This document shows positions 13,854-26,900 of a DNA stretch of 64,000 nt, in pieces. The notes below the pieces were generated by a model. The model was not told the origin of the DNA, did no database searches, and was given only the letters and a program-made list of their open reading frames with translations. This DNA is from Raillietiella orientalis. Lineage: Eukaryota. A program made the position numbers and the translations under genes. The number at the start of each line of letters is the position of its first letter. The stretch's first letter is position 1. The DNA is taken from the NCBI GenBank assembly GCA_036172245.1, contig JAYWIR010000004.1:6014001-6078000 (forward strand), read 5' to 3'.

Positions 13854-16800
13854 ATTTACAATTCCAATGTGAAAAAAGAATAAGTATTATTTTGAGTCTT
13901 TTGGATATTTCGTATAAGCCTTCCACTTTCTCTCGAAGTTTTCAAATGCCTTTTTCTTGAAATAATCTATAAGCAGCATTTCACCGATAAATTATCCTTA
14001 AGAACTCATAGATCACAGTAGTTTAACAATGGTTTACCAGCAAAATTATCAATGACTTTTTAATTTTTCACTGAAATAATAATTTGGGGAAAAATAAATT
14101 GCAAAACAGAGGAGTTTTAAAAAAAGAAATAGAGCACTTCACAGAATCTATAAGGCTAAAAGAAAAGTATCCTATTAAAAGTGAGTACTTTTCAATTAAG
14201 AAGTGTTCTAGTTTTTAAAGAAGCCACCGTCCCAAACTTAACAGTGTTGCTTTTCCTTCTTAGTTCATATATGCTATGACTGAAGTTTTCAAAATATATA
14301 CCAAACAAAGATTTACTAGTCATAAAAAATGATCCAATATTTATTTTCAAATTCTTTTTTTATATATCAGGTTTTAACTTCTTGGTTTCTAAAAGCCTAT
14401 CTGAAATTTTTATTTCAGGTAAAATTTCTTTAAAATCCAAGTTCCAGATAACGAGTTGTAACAAAATACATGATTGATAGACTTAAGCAGAAAAAGAAAA
14501 GTAACTTCGCCAACTCGAATGCAGGAATAAATTTTGAATTTTAATTTTGAAGCCATTGCTTATCTTGTAAAGTTAGTAAAGTTTAGTACGAATCAGACTT
14601 TTGAACTTGTGACTGTCTTCAAGATGTGACTTCAATTTTTGATACCTCTTAAAAGGTAGTATTAAGATGCGACTTCCTTTTGAATTTAACATAATTGTAT
14701 AAAAGTGTACAGAATGAACTAAATCGTAACTTTCACGTACGTCGACCATACCGACCAAGCGACTAGATACTCTTTGGTCGATGCAACAGACCAACTATAT
14801 ACATTCCAATGTAACTAAACTAACATTTAAATGACAATTGCTATCAGTAAAATTTTGTAAAAATGTACATGCGTCTGATTCACGAAAAGTTTATCGCATA
14901 AATTTCGATTCCACTGTGCTGGCAAATATCACACAATCACACATTCACACTTTATACTTCTAAGTTTAACATTTGAATAAATATGAACTCTTAAGCTGAC
15001 GTATTTTCTATATGAATTCTTTTAAATGTGCTGACTAAATAAAGCAGCATCAAATCGGTAATCAAGCATTATATTGCTATATAAAATTATGATAATAAAT
15101 AATTTTATTAATACAAAACTTTCATGTTCTAAGGCATGAATGCGATCTGTACATCGAGAAACTTTGATGGATACCCTGTCTAAGAATGATGATTCATGAG
15201 TTTCTTTGCATTTCACCTTTTAATTAATCTATCAAGTGCGTACATTCATGAAAAAAAATATCTACTCTTTAAAGTAAATGTGCCTACATTCGAGTACTTT
15301 ACTCATAACGGTTTCATATAGCCACAAAACAATCACTCGAAAAAGGTTTACGTTTCTTTTTTGCGTAATCTTAAGACGTCAGGATTTAATGATTGGATCA
15401 CATTTCAGCATGAAGTTTACTGGCATTTGCTGAATGATAAATCATTATCACTGAAAAATCCATTGTTTAATTTGAAGTGATAATGAATTGTTTACATCCT
15501 GCTGGCATTGATTTGAGATTTTTTTGCTGCAATTTTTTAATATTCCCTATTCGTTCTCAGTTAGCGCTTCGGTTTAAATGGACAAGGTTTCCCAGAGACA
15601 GTACGCATGTGTTAATAAAACAGAATCAACTTAAGGTATGATTCCGTTTTTTTTTTCTTTCTAAAAACGGCATTTGAAAATGTATCTTGAAAGAGTAATG
15701 TTGGTGCTGATTCGAAACTAGCATGCATCGGTCCAAGAAAAAAAGTTTCGAGTACTCCCTAAATGACCTTCTGAATTAACTTCTGAATGCAGCATAAGAA
15801 AATTTATTGATATGAGAAACTTATCACTGAAATATAGCAGTGTTGCTTACTCACTTCACAAGACTTGTTCCCGATAAAGCTTCTAGAAGATAATTCCATT
15901 TGCATTTCAGTGCTAGTTTGCTTTTAAATTTTCTTGAAAATTAAATTCATCTTTCGTATACGAATTACAGCTTTATTTTTGCTTTTTCTGGAGGGGGAGG
16001 GGGAGGAAGCAAGGGTCCAGTGAATTTAGCATTTTAGCATTTAGTATTTAGCTTTTCAATTAGCACTCGATGCAATATTGTAATACTTCAGTCATACTCG
16101 TGCAAATCATATATATGTAAGTCACCCATTCTGTCGACCGTCTTTAAATTCATTTTTGAACACAAAAATGCCAAAGTGTTCTAAAATTTTACAGTGGTAT
16201 TAATTTTCTTTATTGAAATTCTCTTCTCTCGGTTGTTGCTTTTGGAATTAGGAATAGAAGGACTTGCTCTCTCATTCATTAAGACTTACAAAAATCTCTT
16301 TTAAATATGGAGATACTACAGTAATGCTTTGTATTGTTTCTGTAGCACTTGTTTCCACTATGCGAAATTCTGTAGTTTGTAAGTCATTCTGAGATGTGCA
16401 TTTCCTTGTTTTCTATCACTCTCAGTATGTTCCAACCTGATGATTAGAGACTTTCAGTTCTCTTAGATGTCCCTGGAGCTCAAAGAACAGAAAGATCAAA
16501 TGCAGCTCAAATGTACATGCAACTTCTTTTTACTGTGAAACTGGCTTTAATATGTTTAATCTATCTATCCAAACTGGTTTAGATAAAGTCTTAAGCCATC
16601 GCGTTTAGTAATAGGTATACGTCTGCTGGATAAAAGCAGTCCTTCTGTACGCGGATTTCAACACATCACTCCTATGGCAAACCAACCAATATGCACTGAG
16701 TTTTTGTCTTTTTACTCACTAAACGGTGTTCAAAATGTGTATAAAAAAGTTCCGTTGTCCATTGTAATAATTCATGTAAATGAATATTACCTAAGGTGTA

Positions 16801-17889
16801 TTAGAAAAAAAATATTGAAGGCAGATTGAGTTTCACAGTAGGCACAATGACTACAGCATGGTTTTTTTGTTCATGAAGCATGTGGGCTTTTGTAGCTTTT
16901 ATTGAGTTGCATTCAGAAAATATTCTAGGTATCGTGTGTTCGAGGTTTTCATTTTACTAATTACTAGATAAAGCCTAGGTTTCTTTCTGAGAAAAGTATT
17001 AACGAAGATTATACAATGCTTAGAGGCTCTATTTAAAAAAAAAATATGTATTTTCCTAAGAGTGCCATCTTTTTTTCGTTGCCATCTTTCAAAAGTCTAA
17101 AGATTCTTCTATTCACGTATAATTGTTTCTATTTAATCCCGAGGAAAATTAGCAGCTGTTCAAATAAAATAGGACTTTAGTTGAATCAAAGACAATATAA
17201 AAGGGCACGACAGTATGCATTATTTAAAAGAGCTGAAAATTTATGAACACTTAAAGCAACCGTACCGATGAATTGTTGACAGGAAGAAAAAGTTTTACAG
17301 TAGAAAAATTTCAGCAAAGCACATGCAAAGCAAGCAAAACAAGACATCCCTCAAATCTTTCTGGGTGTAGTAGATGTGCCTGTCACTTTCTCGATTCTTG
17401 TGGTTTTCATTGAAGCATAATGCGATTTTTATTTATCCTATTTAAGGAACTATTAAAATGCCGATCAAGTGCTCGAATTTAGGTAATTTAAATTCATTCA
17501 CATGTGCGTGAAATCAACATACTGTGCTGTAACTGACTGGAGAACGTGTCATGCACCGGTTTTTTGTCAGCCGAATATGTTGCAGAAGTTTTGGTGTAAA
17601 TATGTTCCGAAGTAACTATCACCTTTTGGGTCTCGGTTCGTAAAACTTGTGGTGAATTGTCAAAAACTTGTAATGAATTGTCAAATATCTGTAAGTTTGG
17701 AAGTACGAAAGTAATGTGTTCTACTGGTTTGAAGTGTACACTTGCATACTTCTTCTTCTTAGCAGCAGCTTTTCCATTTGATGGTTTGGAATCTTCAGTG
17801 AAGTTTATGTCATGTCTTAATCTGGGAATATTAATTTCAATGAAGAGTTCAAATGATGTGAATCTTTACTACAGTTTTTGTAAAGCGGA

Positions 17890-17911
17890 ATGACAAGTCA
17901 TCTTGTAGATG
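17890..17911 (+). CDS. UBAP1: UBAP1 probable first coding exon (22 coding nt)
   Basis: ATG ACA AGT CAT CTT GTA GAT G then donor GTAAGA at 17912; phase 1 matches the next exon; possible upstream acceptor TACAG ending 17874. Confidence 0.65.
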
Positions 17912-20900
17912 GTAAGAATTTTTACTTTGAATATTTATTCTGAAAGGAATTGCCATGATAATGTTATGTACCCTAAATGTGTATTTGTGTATTTGTACTA
18001 CCAAATCGAATTTAGCTTTAAGTAGTTTCCCAGATTCAGAAACGTTAACATGTAATGGTGAATTAGTGAGTATTTTTTGCTTTTAACGATATTGTTTTAG
18101 AAGTTTAAGATTCAGAACTTCGTTTGATGCATGTTTTTACTCTATTTGTGCATTCCACAAATGTAATTTTTGTGAGCTCTAATGCTGTTCAGAATAGGCA
18201 AGATGAACTTTTATCTCCAAAAAGTTCCTCTGTTTTGGATACTTAATATGAATTTCATTTTTCAGGTTACATTCATCATTATAAATTCTGACTTAAGTAA
18301 TAGTGATCGTTTATAATGAATGGTATCTTGCAACACATCCTGTGTATCCTTAGTTAAATAATGAAAAATTTTGATAAACTATTCTGTCTTAGAGTAAAGC
18401 CTTATTCTCAGTGCTGAAGCACAAATGTGTTTCAGTTATTTATTTATATGATAATTAATGTTGCAGTGTATTATCACTGTGAGTGTACCATTCAAGTTTT
18501 CAAGGTTGGAATTACAAGTACTGCTACTGCTACAATATTTGAGCAACTGGTGGTAAATTTTTCAATGAAGGTTTCAACCTTGATCAGAAGAAATATGGGA
18601 ATAATTAAGAATATTCACAAAAGGAACTGAACACTTATTTTTTAAACTTTGCTTAAAATTTTGCTTTTCTCTCTTTGTAGAATATATTGCCAATATCCCA
18701 ATGAGAGTTTGTGACACGTTGCAACAATTTATGGTGAAGGATGATGATGCAAATATTGAGCAGAAATTAAAAGCAGTTGAACAACTTTTCTCAGAGGTGG
18801 ACAAGGTATGTTTTTGTATTGATACAGATATTTTAGGTAATTTGAGTCTGAAATCAACTATGCCCTTAAAAAAAAATCTAATTGAAAACTTTTTGATAAA
18901 TTTTCATTGTCACTATACATTCAATTGTTGACGTTTTTATTGTAATTGTTTCATGGAAATGTTGCACATCTATCAGCTGCACATCATATGCACAGTTTTT
19001 GTGTGATGTGGTCATATTGTCTCTTATTAATTCTTTAACTTAAGTTCAGTTCATATGTGCCATAGATCTTCAGATGTTTGCCTTCTTTTTTATGATGAAC
19101 TGATTGTTTCAGTTATTCTGGTCATTCAGTCTAGTGGTTTTCATTTCATAAATTTTCAATTTTGTGTGTCGTATTTGCTACTGAAGATGATATCAGCTCT
19201 TAACACAAATATCATTGGTGTCCAGAGATTTCAATTCCACTTAAATATTTGTTTTGTTCCTTGATTAAAATATTAATTTTGTTTTTTCATAAAGAGTTCG
19301 TAGTTTGCCTAATATGCTATTCCTTTGCCAAAATTATTGAGATTCAAATGTGTTTTTCTACTGGAAAAATTTCTTTCTGTTCCTAGTTTTTGTTTTTAAA
19401 GCATTATGGTAAATAGTTGGTCATGTTATTTCATTTTTAAAAGAACAACCGTTCGCATTTATATGTTACTGCAATCCTCAAGTGTTGATAATAATTGAAA
19501 AGTGATAAATATTTGTATTTGTATTTGCCAAGGCTTATGGTTTTTCCAGTGATTTCACTTTATTTCTTGTCAAATCTGATGTAAGGCATATTATATGACT
19601 TCTAATAATTATTTACAATTTTTATTAAGAACTATTATGTATTTTTAGTAAACATTAATCAACACATGCCATTGTAATTAAAAAGGGCTATAGAAATCAT
19701 GCTTGTGTGATTTCTTTATTTTCTTAATAAGAATTTCAATAAATGCAAGTGAATTTTTAAAAGCTTCTTATGCTAAGATGGTAAAGAAACATTTACAATT
19801 TTGTGTAATGCTGCCATGAAATTTTCAATAGTTGTCTGTCATATTGTTTGACTGTGACTAACTTGAAATTGTCACTTTCAGTATACTTTTTTATAATGTA
19901 GAAAAACATAAAACAAATAGAAATTCTCCCAGATTTGCCTTCAGTTTACCAAAGTTGTGTAAGTTCACTGGATTCCAAATTTGACTGTCATTCATGTAGA
20001 ACAGATCATCTCTCCCTAAAGTGTATAATTTTTATGAAATGTATAATTTCATTCTCTAAAACTGCCTGAATCGAAAGAGTTAGAAATTGATTATATCATA
20101 GATGTAATGCATTTCAGTATGATTTTGCCCTGGAAAATAAAGTTTTGGAAATTACCAGTAAACATCAAGTTTCTGTCTCAGATGAAAAACTGCCTGAATT
20201 GAAAGAGTTAGAAATTCCCCTTGTTACTTCATCTCCATTGGAAAACGATCCAAATATTCTGCCACACAAATATAGGAAATCATGTTCCAGAGAAGTCAAT
20301 GATCCTATTCTGCAACCACTTCCAGCATTCCCACAGACTTCAAAAACAACACCATGTGCATCACAGCAAATCAATGTTGCTGATTTTGAAAGTGATACTT
20401 CAAGTCCATTTGATAATCTTGAGCTTAAAACATTGAATGATTTTGAAGAATTGGCCATGGTTTTAGGATCACCTAACCCTTCTAATCAGTCATCATGTGG
20501 TTATTTATCAAAAAAAACCTCTTTAAACAGAGATGATCTTTTTCCCCCTAAATGTGCTCCTACTACTCAGTGTTTAGATTCCAGTGAAACTCATGATCAA
20601 GGTTCCGAGTATCGAGCCCCCTCTTCAAAATCCCTTATTAAAAAGCATGAAGAAGACAGTTGTCGTTTTTATACCAAATATTTACGTTCATGCGAAAATC
20701 AGGAAAGCATCTTGGAACATATGAAATTGCCAAGCACATCTATGAATGATTTTCACGAAGAGTTTGATGAAAAACTAAAATTAAGGCAGATTCAAAAAAG
20801 AAAAAAAAAAATCCAGTCATGTAAAAATGCACAAGACATTGTAGGTGATTTGTCTAGTGCTCTGGACCTCTGGGAGAAACAAGAAAATGTGTGTTCCTCA

Positions 20901-23900
20901 GAAAACAAGCAGGTAAGGTTTATGTTTGCATGTTCTTTTGCTATATGTAGATTCTGAGTTTGTTTTCTGTGGAACTTTTGTGTTGTATTTACACATTATT
21001 ATGTTGAAATAGGTACTTCTTTACCCAGAAAGTATACAAGATGATTCAAATGATATAAGACTTAAACTTACATGTGGGATGGATAAAGTTTCAGAATTAT
21101 CTTGAAATGCATTTGTGCAGACAATAAATTGTTAGAAGTTGTGTAGCAATTCACCCATTTCTTGTTAGTAAGGTTTTGATTGCACTGTCAAAGGAGAATG
21201 ATTCATTTTTAAATACTAATAGCAGAATTGATAAATGATGAATCTAACGTTTACCTGTATGTGAATATGTTTAGACTCTGGATACACTTTTAAAATAGGT
21301 ATATCTGCATTCTACAACTGTATGAAGCTAAGCATAACATGCATTTAGTTTACCTTACTGATAGATTCGTTGCATATTTTCACAAAAAGATCCAATCCAT
21401 ATTCAGATTATTGTTCCATCAATATTTATGGGTAAGGACAATTCTTTCACATTCTTATAAATTAAAATTAATTTCTTTGGAATTCCATGTTAAGTATCTG
21501 AAAAGTACGTAGAGATCGGAATTCCTTGTTTAAAATGGAGAATTTATTATGAGGAAATAAAAAGTTTATTTTCATGATAAGTGATCATTTAATGAAGTTT
21601 ACTAGGAAAGAGTTATATGAAATGAGATGTTAAGATGTTGGGTTACTCATACGGAAATAATATTGGCAAGGAAAAAAATACTTGTGTCCTATTATTCTGA
21701 TGATTTTTCGTAGATATTTTGGTGTTTGAGGCTTTTAATGAAAATAGACTTTTTTTTTATGAAGAAACGTTCATCCATTAAGGGAAGATATTAACTGCTA
21801 AACTCTGTATATTTTCCGGATGGATCATAACCTGAATTCTGGAACATAGCACGATATTTTCATAATTCATAACCAGGGTACGCCTAGCTTGATAATAATT
21901 TGGGTTCTAACACATAGATCAGTATTTTAATAAGTGGATAGATTCTGATAAATGGATCATAAATAGATCGAAATCAAAGGCAGCTGAGAATGATAAAAGA
22001 TCAATATTTTCCCTTCTGCTCTACTGCAGTTTTTCACTATTTCATCTTAATCAGAAAGCTGTCGACATTCCCTTGATTATCTGGATTTAGTATCATGTAT
22101 CTATGAATTTGACAAATTATGGGTAAGTCTAACAATTGATATGTATAACCAAGATTTTTGTAGATCTCTCAGATCTGTAACAGCTATATAAGTAGTTTAT
22201 AAACGTCAGATAGAATTTAGTTTTATTCTAATTCGGATATACAATCTTCCAGAAATCGAGTTTGTAAATTTTTGATTCTATAAAGCCGAACTGAACAAAA
22301 CATACTTAGTAACTTCTTAACATGCTTTGATAGTTTGAGCAAAACACTTGCAGCACCAATTTCTGCAGACTAGAAAAGGTATATCTGCATACATTTCGTT
22401 TAAAGGTTATTTCTTTCGAATTTATCACAACTGTTCTTTAGGAATATATGTGTGTTTTCTCATTTTTTCAGAGTAAATCGGTGTCTCAGTTTAGTGTGTC
22501 TGTTGCATGCTTATCTCGACAAATTTTATGACAATCACTTGAGTATACTTTCTTTCGTTTTCTGCATCAGAAAATGTCTCATGACATGTGACTATTCTGA
22601 CTACACTTGATTTTATTCACATGTGAATTTCGAAACGTTTTGCAAATTTTCTGCTCCAGTTTCCAGATATTGTGTTAAAATGTGGGGAAGCTCTTCATCA
22701 TGTTTTATTTCATTTTTAATTGGATTCAAAAGTAATCTTTGTTGGGTCGGAGTCCAGTTGAAAGAAATAGAGGACAGTAATTTTGTGGTTTCATTACTTT
22801 TATGTTTTGTTGTTGTTCGTTCCGAATGAAGTTCTGAAATTTTGGAGATTTGAAATCGAACGCAATTTCCATTTGAGGAATGAATGTAAAATGTGTTCTT
22901 AAGCAGATCAGCATCTCAGAAAATAAAGTAGTTGGAATGATGTTTCTTTCTTTCTTAGCATATTTTTCTTGACCTAGAGTGTGAATGTACTTTGAAAGTT
23001 GAACGTTTAGAATGTTTTGCCTTGAGTTAGCTTGATGGTTTTCGACCAATTTGCAGAAACTAAAGCGGTGAAGGATCGTGAGAAACACTTGCCTACATGG
23101 TACTTGTTAATTGTGATAGAGACGAACGGAGCCGCGTTATTTTCATCGAATCTTCTGCTGGCGGAACTAGAAATTTTGCTCTCACAATTAAACTGAAACA
23201 TTGCCGCTACGACTAAAGATCATTGTACTTTATTTGATCTTCCCCCCCCCCCCCAAAAAAAAAAAAAAAAAAAAAATGCATCGTGATAAAGTTTCACATA
23301 GTTTTCGAGTCCCTCTTCCTTGTATTTCGACGCTTTTTGCGGTAATGTGCGTGAATACGTACATGGCAAACTTTGCCCTTCAATTTTTCAAATAGCCAAG
23401 AGTAATTTGTGCTGTAAAAGGATTCAGATCTCGGCAAACCTAGTGAGTTGAAAGCTCACTCGGGCAAAACAAAAAGTGAAGTAAGTTGAACGCAAAAGAG
23501 TTTGTAATTTGTCTTACAAACTGCGTTCGTGTATAGTCAGGTTGAAAAGTCAAGCGATCTCAAACCATAAACCTCAAAAGTTCAGTGAAATTTCAGTTGT
23601 GTATAAATTCTAAAGTTCTTATCATTTTTTTTTTTTGTTCTTGTTGCCAGTGGGGGAAGGGGGGGGGAGGGGGATGACGACGCGATACGCTGAAAACCTT
23701 GCAACATCATTGGTAACATATGTATTTTCTTATTCTTGAAAGCTCCTGGTTTATTCAAACACAAATTTGATAGCAGCCTAAATTTATTCACATTAGTTAT
23801 TTCCAGTTTATAATCTCAAAGGCGGGAAACATCTTCGAAGTGAATAAGATTTCAGTCAACATGATTTTTTTTTGTTGTTGTTGATAATTTTGTCGACACC

Positions 23901-26900
23901 GAAGAGTTTTCTATTTTTGTTTATTTTATTTTATGTATAATGAGTGCATAAATTCAAAGTTTCAGTTCGAGTGATGATCTGTTTTTGATTATTACATGAT
24001 TTTAATTTGGTGCGTTTCCGTTTCCCAGTACAAATTCCACATCCGAATCTAGTGTGTAATGCTTACACACTAGGATTGGATACTTAGTATGGAAGATTTT
24101 GTGATGCTCAATGTATGGGATTTGCATTTGGCACATAAAGAACGTATTTCAGTTTCTATTCTTCCAGATTTGTTAGCTCATTTTCATTCCATTAGACCAC
24201 GTCCCGTGAGAACGGCAATCTTCAGACTGTTTTTTTGCATTGTATTGTGACCACGTTCCGTATGGAGAATGGTACACTTGTATGACAGTGCTTCAGAGTG
24301 CTTGGTTCTACGTTATCCTAAACAAAAGTTTTTAATATTGGTAAAATACTCAAAGCAGTTGGTGCATACATAAGTTTGCAGATTATTTTACTTGTTTTTT
24401 TCAGTACTTATTTAAAGTTATTTGCATCAGCAACTGGGTGTGTTTATTTTCTTTTTGATTTTTGCTAGCTTTGATGTTCCAGAAAACTATAATTGTCTAG
24501 CAGGCTATCGCTTCTTATATACAGAATGGTAAAATCTAAAGAAAATCCTGCAAACAGTTCCTATTTAGAAATATCCTTAATCGTTCCACCTTTGATTTAT
24601 TTTAATGTTTCGTCACTTTGTAGATTTTAATTTAATGATTTAAATCACCTTACTCTGTAAATTATAGCCCACCTAGTCCTCGGCTTTTGATTCAAGCAAA
24701 ATGTCAGTAGCTGCGTTGATATAATGTATGTAATAATTGATGTAATGAGTTTAATATACTGAAAAATAATATGAACATGTCGAAACACCAACTGTTGAAT
24801 AAGTATATTTTGGGAAATCATCGTTAACTTTTTTGTGCATGTAATTATTTCAAATCAGGAATTTATAGTTAAAAAAAAATGCAGGTAATTTAACATATCA
24901 GTAGCTGTTGCTAATATCTTCCCGAGTTTATTAAATCGGAAACAGTATCTATTTATCTTCTCTGAGTAGTGGAGAAGATAAATCGTGGTAAATTTTTGCT
25001 AATGGTGCACGAACGCAATTGTTTCTTTCCGTATTACTTTCATTACTGTAAGCCATCAATTGGAGTAATTATTTTCGTTTCATGCGTTCAAAATTAACTT
25101 TTAAGATGATAAGTTTCTGAAAAGCACTAGGCAGTCCCCAAAGAAAATTGCTCATTTGCTGATGGTATTCGTTTGTAACGTTGACTGACAAAATCGGGCA
25201 CGTTTTGTCTCCCTCGACCAAAGAACTATTGTGAAGAGTTTGAACTTATTTTGTTTGTTATCAAGAGAAAAAGACTTCAAAGACCTCTCCAAAGAAGACA
25301 CAACATGTCTTCGTTGATAAATATGAAATCATGGAAGCCTTTCGTTTCCTCTCTCGATTCTTTGAAAACGTGTGGATGATTAGTGTGGTATAAACGAATG
25401 TAGCATTGTAATTTCATTCATGAACGAATGAGAAACTTACGGGGACATACGTGTATTTCCGATTTTGTGCACAACTTCTCACTGGGCACTCAACTTCTCT
25501 CAACACTCTTTGAATTATCAGACCCTGACAACTCAAAGAGTTCGAATCTTTCCCTTTTAGTATTTCGGTCTTCAGTTCAAACTAAGCATTCAGTAATTAC
25601 TTTACTAAGTATTTTTTTCTTGTGGAGAGGAATTTCGCACCTTCCTAACTCTTGCTCATTAAAAAATTGTATCGCATAAATTATCATTAATTACATTCCG
25701 TACACATAATAATCAGAAAATCAGTCTCAATCCAGTATTAAAACCCTACAATAACTACCTCCAAGCTCATATCTCTATCTATCATTCTATAGTTACAAAA
25801 AAAAAAAAAAAGTAAGCTTATCCTTACTTTTTCTCTCATTAATAATTAGAAATGCCAATACTTTATAAGCAAAAGGGTTTGGTGTCATTTTGAAGAAGGT
25901 GCAATTCATTTCATGAGTGAAAAGAAAAAAGTAGAACGGATTGGATTTTTTTTTATTTCATGTGCATTTTACAGGTATGCATCCGATGTATCAGGCTATT
26001 CCTTCCTTGGTTTCAGTTTTTCATTAACAAGTTTGCCTGCCCTTCATTAATACATGTGTTCATTACCGATGTTTTCGGTTCTCATTGTGTGCAGTATTGA
26101 GTGTTTAACATGATCTATAAAAAGATTTTATTTTCATCGGTCAACGTGATTTAAATAGTTGAGGTGTTGTGCATCATCGGAATTTTGGAAAAAAAAAAAG
26201 GTTAGAACGAGAACTCACAAAGTCTGCTGTTAAAGTGTTTGTAAACTTACAAATAATTTAGTAATTGTAATTGGGCATATCAAGAAATACAACAGTAGGC
26301 TTGTATTCAAGCTTAATCTATTTGTCTGTTACATGTAGTTAAAATCTTTAACTTTGTTACTTCATTGATTACATCCAAGTGTTCCTTTCAAAGTTCAAGG
26401 TTAATGTGCTTTTTTAGAAAACGAAAGCAATAACGTTCACTGATAATCTCAATGCAGAAATTTTCTACTCTTCCAGGTGTTGGATGGCCGCTTGGCCTAT
26501 TTTTTGTGGTCGAATCGGTATCCCCCCCCCCATATCGGAAAGAAAACATTATCGGAATTTCGAATTTCCGTATATCGGAATTTTTCTGCGTTTGCTGTTG
26601 GCTGCGGTATAAAGAATTCAGAAATGTCAATCACACAGAATAAGAGCAGCATCAGTTACAAAAACAATGTTTTTTACAGCCTGAATCTTGTTGTGAACTG
26701 TTTTCTTGGCATCAAAGTAAGTTTTTAAAAATTTCAGCATAAAGCAGGCCATTTTTTAAAAATCAAAAATGGCTATCTAGCATTTTGAAACATCCGCAAA
26801 AGTGAAAAACCACTCTGTTATTACAGCTGCTCCAACTGGGTTTTCTCACAAAAAGAATTTCGAGTTTTCTTTTCTCGAACTGCGATGACATTGCATGATC

